Positions 10,071 to 19,427 of a DNA stretch of 64,000 nt are shown piece after piece. The notes under the pieces were generated by a model, which saw nothing but the letters and a program-made list of their open reading frames with translations, did not search any database and was not told where the DNA came from. The position numbers and the translations under genes were made by a program. How positions within the stretch are numbered: position 1 is the first letter of the stretch; each line of letters starts with the position of its first letter. The stretch lies in IMG/VR virus record IMGVR_UViG_3300035436_000036. One strand, given 5' to 3'. This DNA is from a virus.

Positions 10071-10505
10071 ATGAAGATTGAAGATATTCAGAATCTGTGG
10101 TCGCAAGATGTTAAGATCGATCACACAGAGCTCGCAACAGAAGCTCTGCGCATCCCCTCTCTCCATAGTAAGTATTACAACATCTTTAGCCAAGAGCGTC
10201 TCCGTCTCCGTAAGTTTGAGACTGAGCTCAAGAAGCTCAAGCTAGAGAAGTATGAGTTTTTCACCCAAGGACCTACACCCGAAACACACGAGAGAGGCTG
10301 GAAGCTGCCTCCTGTCGGACGGGTCATTAAGTCTGAAGTCAACAACTACATCGATGCAGATGACGAGATCATCACCCTGACACTGAAGATTGGTATTCAG
10401 CAGGAGAAGGTTGAGATGCTTGAATCTATTATCAAGTCTTTGGTCAATAGAGGATTCCTGATCAAGTCTGCCATCGACTTTGAGAAGTTTAAGGTAGGAA
10501 TGTAA
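10071..10505 (+). CDS. uvsY: Recombination mediator UvsY
   Basis: Similarity to T4 UvsY (IEDIQNLWSQDVKIDHTEL vs LEDLQEELKKDVFIDSTKL; C-terminal NRGFLIKSAIDFEKFKVG vs SRGFAIKHIQDMRAFEAG); adjacent to uvsW as in T4. Confidence 0.8.
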   Translation: MKIEDIQNLWSQDVKIDHTELATEALRIPSLHSKYYNIFSQERLRLRKFETELKKLKLEKYEFFTQGPTPETHERGWKLPPVGRVIKSEVNNYIDADDEIITLTLKIGIQQEKVEMLESIIKSLVNRGFLIKSAIDFEKFKVGM

Positions 10506-11963
10506 TTGGAAACCGTACATCTACAGCATATCAATTCTGTTCACTGTAAAGTAGTCACAGATCCATCTATCCTGATGGAGCTAGCAGATCACTTTACCTT
10601 CTTCGCAGAGAACTATAAGTTCAGTCCGAAGTACAAGTCTCGTATGTGGGATGGTAAGATCCGTCTGTTGAATAGATTGACTGCTACGGTGTATGCAGGC
10701 CTTGCCAGACACATCAAGAAGTTCTGTGATGAGCGCGGCTACGGGTTTACTTATGATCCTGAGTTCCAGCATGATAATGTTTCAGTAAGTGAGACTATGG
10801 ATTTCATCGAATCCTTAAACCTTCCTGAACACATCCAGCCCAGAGACTATCAGATCAAGAGCGTTATCAAGTGCCTCCGCTCAAAGCGCAGAACATTGCT
10901 GTCTCCTACATCTTCCGGTAAGTCTCTGATGATCTATATGATCTCTCAGTGGTATAAGAAGAAGACTCTGATTGTGGTTCCTACCATCGGCCTGGTTACC
11001 CAAATGGCTAATGACTTCAGAGCCTACGGCTATAAGGGGACTATGCACGTCTCTACAGATGGTCTTTCGAAGTCAAATAACATCGAAGAAGACATTGTTA
11101 TCACCACCTGGCAGAGTATGGACAACGGCAAGACAAAGATGCCAAAGCAATGGTATCAACAGTTCGAAGTTGTTGTTGGAGATGAGGCGCATACGTGTAA
11201 GGCTGCAACACTGGTCAAGATCCTTACCAACCTCGACAACTGTCAGTATCGCTTCGGTACGACAGGGACGCTGGATGATCTGCCACTAAACAGAATCACT
11301 ATTGAAGGTCTATTCGGACCACAATATCAGGTTGTCACTACCAAGGATCTGATGGAGAGTGGGCATGTATCCAATCTGAAGATCAAGTGCATCGTCCTGA
11401 AATACACTCCGGAAGTCTGTAAGGACATGAAGGGTAAGACATACCAGGAAGAGATAGACTTTATCATAAACAATGATGATAGAACAAAGTTTATCAAGAA
11501 CCTGGCGCTATCATTGAAGGGGAACAAACTTGTATTCTTTAGGGTTATTAGTCACGGCCAAGCCATATCTGACTCCATACGTGATAGCGGGTCTACTAAT
11601 GTGTTCTATATTGATGGTGGGGTTTCGGGAATGGACAGAGAAGCAATTCGTATTGCTGTCGAGGATGAAGAGAACGCTATCATCGTGGCTTCGCTCGGCA
11701 CTACGTCGACAGGGGTGAGCATCAATAAGCTGCATCATATGATTGCAGCATCTCCTTCTAAGTCGAAGATCAAAGTTCTACAGTCCATTGGACGTATGTT
11801 ACGTAAACATACCACAAAGCAGGAAGCAATCCTTTATGACATTGTAGATGATCTCACACACAAGAACCAAGCAAACTTCACATACAAACACTTCATTGAT
11901 AGAACGAAGATCTATGAGAAAGAGAACTTCGACTTCAAGATATACACGGTAGGATTGAAATGA
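10506..11963 (+). CDS. uvsW: UvsW RNA-DNA/DNA-DNA helicase (SF2, DEAH)
   Basis: Near-collinear similarity to T4 UvsW (WDGKIRLLN, LLSPTSSGKSLMI Walker A, VVGDEAHTC, GKTYQEEI, VLQSIGRMLRKH); TTG start. Confidence 0.9.
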   Translation: METVHLQHINSVHCKVVTDPSILMELADHFTFFAENYKFSPKYKSRMWDGKIRLLNRLTATVYAGLARHIKKFCDERGYGFTYDPEFQHDNVSVSETMDFIESLNLPEHIQPRDYQIKSVIKCLRSKRRTLLSPTSSGKSLMIYMISQWYKKKTLIVVPTIGLVTQMANDFRAYGYKGTMHVSTDGLSKSNNIEEDIVITTWQSMDNGKTKMPKQWYQQFEVVVGDEAHTCKAATLVKILTNLDNCQYRFGTTGTLDDLPLNRITIEGLFGPQYQVVTTKDLMESGHVSNLKIKCIVLKYTPEVCKDMKGKTYQEEIDFIINNDDRTKFIKNLALSLKGNKLVFFRVISHGQAISDSIRDSGSTNVFYIDGGVSGMDREAIRIAVEDEENAIIVASLGTTSTGVSINKLHHMIAASPSKSKIKVLQSIGRMLRKHTTKQEAILYDIVDDLTHKNQANFTYKHFIDRTKIYEKENFDFKIYTVGLK

Positions 11964-12319
11964 GTATTATTACTATATTATTGGCTTCGGGAGAAGAACT
12001 TGTGGCTGACTACATCGATCATGATGATATGCAGATACGAGTACGTCAACCACTACGTATCGAGTATGCAGAAAGAGATAACGATGTCTACACAAGACTT
12101 GCTCGTTTCTTGTCTCAGGAAGATGGCAAAAGAACTATAATCTACATGCGGCATGTTGTTGCTACTGCTGAATGCCCGCAGAAAACTGTTGACTATTATA
12201 CCAAAGCAGTGGATAAGTATTATAGTGATAGTTTAAACACCCCAGAAGAAGATTCGCAGGGTGGTATCACTACCGAAGAGATTTTATCGTTGATCAGTGG
12301 AAGAATCAAACTACAATGA
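11960..12319 (+). CDS. Hypothetical protein (UvsW.1 position)
   Basis: 119 aa ORF, ATGA overlap with uvsW stop. Confidence 0.45.
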   Translation: MSIITILLASGEELVADYIDHDDMQIRVRQPLRIEYAERDNDVYTRLARFLSQEDGKRTIIYMRHVVATAECPQKTVDYYTKAVDKYYSDSLNTPEEDSQGGITTEEILSLISGRIKLQ

Positions 12320-12858
12320 TTAAGAAAAAGCAAAGAGCACATTACGTAGACAACAAGCGTCTCTACGGCGAGATGATTCACTTCATCAACAGCTGCAAAG
12401 CTGCACAACTCGAAGAAGAGCGCCGTCCTAAGATTCCTGAGTACATTGGAGAGTGTATCTTTAAGATCGCTACCAAGTTGGCTACCAAGCCCAACTTCTC
12501 GTCCTATACGTACAAGGATGAGATGATCTCTGATGGCATCGAAGTCTGCATTAGATACCTGCACAACTTTGATCCTGATAAGTCCAGCAATCCTTTTGCA
12601 TACTTCACTCAGATCATCTACTATGCTTTCCTTCAGAGGATCCAGAAAGAGAAGAAGCAGGCCTACATCAAGGCCAAGTCGTTCGAGAACTCTGCTATCA
12701 TGAATGAGCTGGTAGACGATCCGACTGGCAAGTTCTTCAGTCAGTATCACACAATCGACTCTGATAAGCTAGCAGAGCTAGAGAGTAAGATGAAGCCTAA
12801 AGCAAAGGCAAAAGCAAAGTTGGTAGGCATTGAGTCTATCCTTGGAGATGCTGATTAA
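12316..12858 (+). CDS. gp55: Late-transcription sigma factor gp55
   Basis: Similarity to T4 gp55 (HNFDPDKSSNPFAYFTQIIYYAFLQRIQKEKK vs [32 protein letters not shown]); gene order 55-47-46 as in T4. Confidence 0.9.
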   Translation: MIKKKQRAHYVDNKRLYGEMIHFINSCKAAQLEEERRPKIPEYIGECIFKIATKLATKPNFSSYTYKDEMISDGIEVCIRYLHNFDPDKSSNPFAYFTQIIYYAFLQRIQKEKKQAYIKAKSFENSAIMNELVDDPTGKFFSQYHTIDSDKLAELESKMKPKAKAKAKLVGIESILGDAD

Positions 12859-13928
12859 TGAAAGTTGCAGTACTTGGTGACACCCACTTTGGGGTTCGTA
12901 ATGACAATCAAGCTTTTCATGACTACTATGAGAAGTTCTACGCAAATGTGTTCTTTCCCTATATGGAAAAGCACAAGATCGGCACAGTGATCCAGCTAGG
13001 GGATCTGTTCGACAGACGTAAGTATGTAAACTTCTATACCTTGAAGAGGTCACGCGAGTACTTCTTCGATAAGCTGGCCCAGCACAACATCGATATGCAT
13101 ATGTTTGTCGGTAACCACGATACCTACTTCAAGAACACAAACGAGGTCAACTCACCTGAGTTGCTGCTCAAGGACTACTATGAGTCCATTAAGGTGTACT
13201 CAGAGCCTACAGATGTGGAGCTTCCTGACGGCACTCTTGTAACAATGTTGCCTTGGATCTGCTCGGATAACTACGAACGTTGCATGACTCATGTCAAGGA
13301 TACATCATCACAGATCATGTTCGGTCACCTTGAGCTATCGGGGTTCGAGATGCATCGTGGTGCTGTTAATGATCATGGTATGGATGCAAAGCTATTCGAT
13401 AAGTTCGATCTGGTTATGTCGGGTCACTACCATCACAAGTCTTTCCGTGGTAACATTCACTACCTCGGAACACCTTATGAGATGACATGGTCGGACTATA
13501 ATGATCCTCGTGGCTTCCACATCTTTGATACAGAGACACGGGAGCTGGAGTTCATACAAAATCCACATACGATGTTCCAGAAGTGGTTCTATAACGATAC
13601 CAACTGGGTGGATCAGAACGAGATGAACAATCTCGACTTTGGAGATGCCAAGGACGCCTTCGTCAAGGTGGTTGTCAAGTCGAAGACCAATCCCTACTGG
13701 TTCGATATGTATGTCGAGAAGCTCGAGAAGGCTGGTGCTCTTGACATCCAAGTAGTAGATGACAACCTTAACCTGCAGCTAGAAGATGACGAAGATATCG
13801 TCGATGAGGCAGAAGACACGTTGACTATTTTGAAGAATTATGCTAGTATGATTAATTCAACAGTAGACAATAACGAGCTCAACAAGTTTCTGTCTGAGCT
13901 CTACTCTGAGGCATTGGCGGTAGAATGA
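12858..13928 (+). CDS. gp47: gp47 Mre11-like recombination nuclease subunit
   Basis: Calcineurin-like phosphoesterase motifs (GDTHFG, GDLFD, GNHD, GHLE, GHYH); position before gp46. Confidence 0.8.
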   Translation: MKVAVLGDTHFGVRNDNQAFHDYYEKFYANVFFPYMEKHKIGTVIQLGDLFDRRKYVNFYTLKRSREYFFDKLAQHNIDMHMFVGNHDTYFKNTNEVNSPELLLKDYYESIKVYSEPTDVELPDGTLVTMLPWICSDNYERCMTHVKDTSSQIMFGHLELSGFEMHRGAVNDHGMDAKLFDKFDLVMSGHYHHKSFRGNIHYLGTPYEMTWSDYNDPRGFHIFDTETRELEFIQNPHTMFQKWFYNDTNWVDQNEMNNLDFGDAKDAFVKVVVKSKTNPYWFDMYVEKLEKAGALDIQVVDDNLNLQLEDDEDIVDEAEDTLTILKNYASMINSTVDNNELNKFLSELYSEALAVE

Positions 13929-15640
13929 TATACTTTAAAAAGATTCGCTGGCAGAACTTCCTCTCTACGGGGAACGTGATGACAGAGATACAGCTGGACC
14001 GTACGAAGTCCACGCTGATTGTTGGTGAGAACGGTGCAGGTAAGTCTACGATGCTTGACGCATTGTACTTCGCTTTGTTCGGCAGGGCATTCCGTACCAT
14101 CAACAAGCCACAGCTCGTAAACTCTATTACGGGCAAGCATGCTCTTGTGGAGATTGAGTTCTCTATTGGTAAGAAAGAGTATATGATTCGCAGAGGTATC
14201 AAGCCTGCTGTGTTTGATATCTTTATCGATGGTGAACTAGTCAATCAAAACTCAACCTCTAGAGAGTATCAAGACGTTCTTGAGAAGACTATTCTGAGAA
14301 TGAATCCGAAGTCGTTCGGCCAGATTGTAGTACTGGGATCTGCAAACTTTGTTCCTTTCATGCAGCTTCCAGCACAGCATCGCCGTGAGGTCATCGAAGA
14401 CCTCCTCGACATTCAGATCTTCTCTATCATGAATAGTCTTCTCAAGGATAAACAGATATCCAACAAGACGATTGCCACAGATGTTGACTATCGGATCGAT
14501 ATGTGCGAGCAGAAGATTGAGCTACACAAGAAGCATATCGAGACTCTTAACCGTAACAATGCTGCTATCATCAAGCAGAAGGAGAAGCGGATCAAAGAGT
14601 ACGAAGAGCTTTCAGAAGAGCTGATGAGCACCAATGGTAAGTTGACTCTCGAGACAGCGAGCCTATCAGAAAGCATGTCCGACTTTGAAAAGACAAGCGT
14701 CAAGCTGATCAAGGTCAAGGAGATGGAGAAGGCTCTTAAGGATCGGGTGACAAAGATCAGCAAGGAAGTCAAGTTCTTCCACGATCATGATAACTGTCCT
14801 ACCTGTAAGCAGGGTATCGATCATGACTTCAAACAGCAGACGATTGAGAAGCGAAACCTCAAGGTCGATGAGATTGCAGAGGCTCTGACTAAGATCGATG
14901 AAGAGTATACGAAGCTTGATGTACGCATTAAAGAGATCGATGCGATTAACACTCAGATCCATGAGCTAAACGGTAAGATCACAGACAACTTCAGAGACAT
15001 CCAGTTCAACAACAACTACATCGCCAACCTTCGTAATGAGATCGAAGAGCTTGAAAACGATCACGCTAGCGACACTAGCAATCTCGACGAGCTGCGTGAG
15101 TTGAAACAAGACTTGTCTGACCATAAACAGCGGAAGGAGACACTTGCGTTCGAGCGTCAGCTCCACGAAGTGGCTTCCTATGTCCTCAAGGATACTGGTA
15201 TCAAGACCAAGATCATTCGTCAGTATGTTCCTATCATGAATAAGTTGATCAATAAATACCTTGCAGCCATGGACTTCTTCGTCCAATTCGAATTGGATGA
15301 GACTTTCAATGAAACTATACGATCGCGCTTCCGAGATGCTTTCTCGTATGCCTCTTTCTCAGAAGGAGAAAAGATGCGTATTGATCTTAGCCTTATGTTT
15401 ACCTGGAGGGCTATTGCTAAGCTCCGCAATAGTGCTAGTACTAACCTCCTCATCATGGATGAAGTATTTGACTCGTCGCTTGACTCAGGTGGTACAGAAG
15501 AGTTCATGAAGATCCTCGATACACTTACTGCAGAGACTAATACGTTTGTGATCTCTCATAAGGGCGACCAGCTATACGATAAGTTCCACTCTGTGATCAA
15601 GTTCGAGAAGCACAGTAACTTTAGTAGGATCGCTGCATGA
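13925..15640 (+). CDS. gp46: gp46 Rad50/SbcC-like recombination ATPase
   Basis: N-terminal Walker A GENGAGKST, long coiled-coil, C-terminal signature/Walker B (LLIMDEVFDS); ATGA overlap with gp47. Confidence 0.85.
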   Translation: MIYFKKIRWQNFLSTGNVMTEIQLDRTKSTLIVGENGAGKSTMLDALYFALFGRAFRTINKPQLVNSITGKHALVEIEFSIGKKEYMIRRGIKPAVFDIFIDGELVNQNSTSREYQDVLEKTILRMNPKSFGQIVVLGSANFVPFMQLPAQHRREVIEDLLDIQIFSIMNSLLKDKQISNKTIATDVDYRIDMCEQKIELHKKHIETLNRNNAAIIKQKEKRIKEYEELSEELMSTNGKLTLETASLSESMSDFEKTSVKLIKVKEMEKALKDRVTKISKEVKFFHDHDNCPTCKQGIDHDFKQQTIEKRNLKVDEIAEALTKIDEEYTKLDVRIKEIDAINTQIHELNGKITDNFRDIQFNNNYIANLRNEIEELENDHASDTSNLDELRELKQDLSDHKQRKETLAFERQLHEVASYVLKDTGIKTKIIRQYVPIMNKLINKYLAAMDFFVQFELDETFNETIRSRFRDAFSYASFSEGEKMRIDLSLMFTWRAIAKLRNSASTNLLIMDEVFDSSLDSGGTEEFMKILDTLTAETNTFVISHKGDQLYDKFHSVIKFEKHSNFSRIAA

Positions 15641-15840
15641 ATTTACATACATCTGAACTTGGGTGGACAGAATATTGTGTACAAGGCGTCAAGCACCTGT
15701 CCAACCATCATATTGTTGATGGATTGATTAAAAAGCGAGTTACACCTGAAACGGCAACCCACGCGATTGTGGTTGAAGTCGAACGCGTTGATGACGAACT
15801 GCAGATCACATCTGTTGATACAATTGAGGTCAACAAATGA
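15637..15840 (+). CDS. Hypothetical small protein (67 aa)
   Basis: ORF with ATGA overlap to gp46. Confidence 0.4.
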   Translation: MNLHTSELGWTEYCVQGVKHLSNHHIVDGLIKKRVTPETATHAIVVEVERVDDELQITSVDTIEVNK

Positions 15841-15995
15841 ACCAATGGGTAGAGACTAGAGATGGGAAGTCGTATTGGTATCAACAATACACAGCAGATG
15901 AAGTACATCTACTTAAAAAGTATCACAAGACCTTTTCTAGGTTGACTAAAATGGATTTAAGTTGTATAGTGAAACAAGATAGGATGGGAAGATGA
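15837..15995 (+). CDS. Hypothetical small protein (52 aa, MNQWVETRDGKSYWYQQY...)
   Basis: Short ORF chained by ATGA overlaps; typical of T4-type early regions; weak. Confidence 0.2.
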   Translation: MNQWVETRDGKSYWYQQYTADEVHLLKKYHKTFSRLTKMDLSCIVKQDRMGR

Positions 15996-16106
15996 AAAGA
16001 TACAATCATTGGTTTTGGAACTCGAGAGCCATGTATTGGGTTACTCAACAGATAGCATATCTCAACTCGTGGATTTGGCATCAGCAGCATAAGGCGCGAG
16101 GCTGAC

Positions 16107-16664
16107 ATGACAGAAGAAGATCGTCATTACCTCTACAGAGACCTTGTAGATTCTAATGATCCAATTCTCAAGCAGAAGATGGGTCGGTTCGACTTCAACG
16201 ACCCTAGTGTCGACCCCCATGAGATAGCTCACATTCTTGCTCAGACCATGATCAAGAATGATGGGCTTGGACTCTCTGCCAACCAAGTTGGATTGCCTTA
16301 CAGGGTGTTCGTGGCAATGGGTAATCCTATCCTTTGCTGCTTCAACCCTGTCATCGTCGATGAATCAGAAGATGAGTTGATGATGGAAGAAGGATGCCTT
16401 TCGTATCCTAACTTGTTCGTCAAGATCAAGCGCCCACAGGTCATTCGTATTCGTTACACGAGACCAGATGGTGTTACAGTCACAGAACAGTATCAGGACC
16501 TCACTGCCAGAGTCATGCAGCATGAGATGGATCACCTCGATGGTATCTGCCACCTGAGTAGAGCCAACTCTATCCATTTGGAACAGGCGCGGACTAAAGC
16601 GAAAAAAGCGTTGAGAAATACAAAGAGTTCGATTATAATGCCTAATAGGCAACTGATCATATAA
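16107..16664 (+). CDS. def: Peptide deformylase
   Basis: All three PDF motifs: GLSANQVG, EGCLS, HEMDHL. Confidence 0.9.
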   Translation: MTEEDRHYLYRDLVDSNDPILKQKMGRFDFNDPSVDPHEIAHILAQTMIKNDGLGLSANQVGLPYRVFVAMGNPILCCFNPVIVDESEDELMMEEGCLSYPNLFVKIKRPQVIRIRYTRPDGVTVTEQYQDLTARVMQHEMDHLDGICHLSRANSIHLEQARTKAKKALRNTKSSIIMPNRQLII

Positions 16665-16715
16665 GGCAAAATGCTGTAATAGATATATACTTCAGGGATA
16701 AAGTATAACCGAGGT

Positions 16716-17276
16716 ATGTATATGAGCAGTAAATCACCTGAGTTTTTTAGTCTGTTTAGAATCACTAACTTAAAGACCGGACAAACATATGAGGCGCGTG
16801 GATACCGCAACACACTTGTGCTAGCAGGCTTAGCTGCATCTACCCCCGCAGCGCAGATGCGCAACAGCAAAAAATGGAAACTCGAAGAAGTTGCTCCGCC
16901 TGAGAAGTGGGACCAAGCAGCCTATAGGAGAGAGCTCTATAAAAAGACATCGGATCGTTATAGGCTATATGAGGCTAAAAAGCTAGCCCAAGATCCCCTG
17001 TATGAGAAGCGGAAACAGGCTAAACTTCGTGGTTGGAAAAACTATGATGGCTCCCAGTTCACTGCTGAACAACACGAGCGTATGTTAATTCAAAGCTGTG
17101 ATATTTGTGGTACAGAAAGTGATATTGTTGTTGACCATTGTCACGAAACAATGTATGTTCGGGGTAGCTTGTGTCGCAAGTGTAACCTAGCTCTCGGACA
17201 CGCTAACGATGATGTAGGAGTTTTAAAATCTATGATTAATTATATTGAAAGACACAGGAACAAGATATATGACTAA
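16716..17276 (+). CDS. HNH/Endonuclease VII-family nuclease (probable freestanding homing endonuclease)
   Basis: C-terminal motif VVDHCHETMYVRGSLCRKCNLALGH matches the EndoVII/HNH signature DHDH..G.VRGLLC..CN..LG. Confidence 0.65.
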   Translation: MYMSSKSPEFFSLFRITNLKTGQTYEARGYRNTLVLAGLAASTPAAQMRNSKKWKLEEVAPPEKWDQAAYRRELYKKTSDRYRLYEAKKLAQDPLYEKRKQAKLRGWKNYDGSQFTAEQHERMLIQSCDICGTESDIVVDHCHETMYVRGSLCRKCNLALGHANDDVGVLKSMINYIERHRNKIYD

Positions 17277-18228
17277 GAAGCATGCATTCAGCGAAATCTT
17301 CTATTCAATTCAAGGTGAGGGATTTTACTGCGGCGTGCCAACCGCGTGGTTGAGGTTCTTCCTCTGCAACCTGCAGTGCAATGGGTTTGGACAGAAGGAT
17401 CCGACAGATGAGTCGACGTACGTTCTTCCTTACAAGGATTTTGATCCTACGTCTGTTAATCGAATTGAGGATCTTCCGGTTTGGTCACATGGTTGTGACT
17501 CGTCTTACTCTTGGTCATCGAAGTTTAAGCATCTGCAGTATAAGAAGACTGCAGCAGAGATCTGTGATCAGATTCAAGCTGAACTCACGAACGAGTGGAA
17601 CCCTACAGGAACGTTCCATCACCCATTGAGCCATGTTGAACAGCATATGTGTTTCACTGGTGGTGAGCCTTTGATGAAACATGGCAAGCAAGCTGTTGTA
17701 GAGATCATCGATGAGTTCAAGATGCGCATGGGTGGCATGTTAGCTATTGACAAGCTCAAGGGCAGCAATCAACCAGAGTTCATCACATTCGAAACAAACG
17801 GCACACAGGAGCTGACAGATGACTTCGTTAATTATTTTGGCAATCGTGGTTGTTACGATGGCGAACTTTTCTTCTCGGTATCACCTAAGCTCTGGACAGT
17901 CGCCGGAGAGCGCCCAGAGAAAGCTATCCAGGCGGACGTTGTTAAGAAGTATGATTGGATCTCCAAAGGTCGAGGACAACTCAAGTTCGTCGTAGGTGAT
18001 AAGCAAGAGCAGTGGGATGAAGTAGATCATGTTGTGCAGCAGATGCGTAAAGCTGGTGTCACATACCCTGTATGGATCATGCCAGTAGGTGCCACAGAAG
18101 AAGCTCAGACTGGTGAGCTAGAAGGATATGCATCGGCTGGTAAGGTCGCTGAGATGGCGTTCAAACGAGGTTATAATGTGTCTGCCCGAGTGCATGTGTA
18201 TCTCTGGGGCAATTTGATTGGAGTATAA
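17269..18228 (+). CDS. queE: QueE-like radical-SAM 7-carboxy-7-deazaguanine synthase
   Basis: IFYSIQGEGFYCGVPTAWLRFFLCNLQC (QueE pattern F.SIQGEG..G.P..F.R..CNL.C with Cx11Cx3C cluster motif) and GGEPL motif; start moved to ATG with RBS AGGAACAAG. Confidence 0.6.
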   Translation: MTKKHAFSEIFYSIQGEGFYCGVPTAWLRFFLCNLQCNGFGQKDPTDESTYVLPYKDFDPTSVNRIEDLPVWSHGCDSSYSWSSKFKHLQYKKTAAEICDQIQAELTNEWNPTGTFHHPLSHVEQHMCFTGGEPLMKHGKQAVVEIIDEFKMRMGGMLAIDKLKGSNQPEFITFETNGTQELTDDFVNYFGNRGCYDGELFFSVSPKLWTVAGERPEKAIQADVVKKYDWISKGRGQLKFVVGDKQEQWDEVDHVVQQMRKAGVTYPVWIMPVGATEEAQTGELEGYASAGKVAEMAFKRGYNVSARVHVYLWGNLIGV

Positions 18229-18721
18229 TATGGTGAGTGAGATGCCTTCTGTTATAATTTATAGTCAAAACGACTTCCTTGAGGGGGTCGAATACATTGC
18301 TCGTCAGGTCGAGCGAGAAGAATACAAGCCTGACCTGATCGTTGGTATTGTAAGAGGTGGAAGCGTTCCTGCTGTATACCTTTCGCATCGTCTAAAGATT
18401 CCTGTCCAGATGGTTCACTGGAATACTCGTGATAGCTCGAAGTGGGGCAATGAGTCTAACTGTTGGATCCCCGAGCAGATCATAGACAACGATCTAAAGG
18501 TGCTGCTCGTCGATGATATTGTTGATGGTGGCGATACCATTAGAGAGCTTCTTGCAGACTGGCAGACATCAGTAGCTGGTAGCGGCAACTTACCTGTTGA
18601 CAATATTCGAATTTGCAGTATGATATATAACACAGCCCAGAGTGTTAGACCTCATTTCTACCACCAGACCATTGATCGTAATGAAGATCAGCGGTGGGTA
18701 ATCTTCCCTTGGGAAGCCTAA
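18218..18721 (+). CDS. Xanthine/guanine phosphoribosyltransferase-like (type I PRTase)
   Basis: IVGIVRGGSVPAVYLSHRLKIP and PRPP-binding VLLVDDIVDGGDT resemble E. coli Gpt. Confidence 0.6.
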   Translation: MEYNMVSEMPSVIIYSQNDFLEGVEYIARQVEREEYKPDLIVGIVRGGSVPAVYLSHRLKIPVQMVHWNTRDSSKWGNESNCWIPEQIIDNDLKVLLVDDIVDGGDTIRELLADWQTSVAGSGNLPVDNIRICSMIYNTAQSVRPHFYHQTIDRNEDQRWVIFPWEA

Positions 18722-18787
18722 GCGGCCTTTACAGCTCATCCCGCTATACAAACTCTGCTGCTCTATTAACCAATAGAGGAAAACACA

Positions 18788-19240
18788 ATGCCATATTTTA
18801 GTACAAAACATTACGGACATAACATCGGTCTGTCAGCTGTCTTCCGGCAGCCTAATGCCGATCACTCTCACTGCCATTTCCTGCATGGGTATAGTCTTGC
18901 ATTCACATTCAAGTTTGGATGTAATGAGCTTGACAACAAGAACTGGGCAGTCGACTTCGGTGGTCTGAAAGAGATCAAGGCGTGGCTCGAAGATAGCTTT
19001 GACCACAAGGTTGCAATCGATGTCAATGATCCTCACCTCGATAAGTTCAAAGAGCTAGCAGCTCATGACCTTGCACAGATCCGTATCTTCAATGGTGTCG
19101 GTGCAGAGAAGTTTGCCTTTCATGCATTCCAGTTTGCTGATAGGTTGATCAGAGAGAAGACAAATGGCCGCTGCTGGGTGCAGTCGGTTGAGTGTGCAGA
19201 GCACGGAGCCAATTCGGCTATCTATGAAAGAGAAGTATAA
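18788..19240 (+). CDS. queD: QueD / 6-carboxy-5,6,7,8-tetrahydropterin synthase (PTPS fold)
   Basis: HCHFLHGYS zinc motif, DFGGLKEIKAWLEDSFDHKVAID like QueD CGRLHGHS ... DFAELK ... LDHHYLN. Confidence 0.75.
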   Translation: MPYFSTKHYGHNIGLSAVFRQPNADHSHCHFLHGYSLAFTFKFGCNELDNKNWAVDFGGLKEIKAWLEDSFDHKVAIDVNDPHLDKFKELAAHDLAQIRIFNGVGAEKFAFHAFQFADRLIREKTNGRCWVQSVECAEHGANSAIYEREV

Positions 19241-19241
19241 T

Positions 19242-19418
19242 ATGAATCATCCCGATCCTAAAAAACACCAGTTGATTTCTTTTGTAAAGAGTAGTATAAG
19301 GATTGCTGCAAGCTGCGTTGCTTGCCTGATGATGAGCAATCCATCTGTTGCCGTATTCATTCTTGGATTGGGTTACGGTCTGGCAGAGATCGTTGGTGTT
19401 TATGAAGAACTAGTATAA
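19242..19418 (+). CDS. Small hydrophobic protein (58 aa)
   Basis: ATG right after queD stop; single predicted TM segment. Confidence 0.3.
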   Translation: MNHPDPKKHQLISFVKSSIRIAASCVACLMMSNPSVAVFILGLGYGLAEIVGVYEELV

Positions 19419-19427
19419 GGAATTGTA

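Noticed and set aside
131-15507. Numerous 60-120-aa antisense ORFs inside gp18, gp20, gp22, gp23, gp46, uvsW etc. (for example 131-391, 527-739, 7208-7714, 8719-8979, 14488-15507)
   Set aside because: Nested within well-supported long genes on the opposite strand with biased, low-complexity translations; the phage is transcribed almost exclusively from the + strand here
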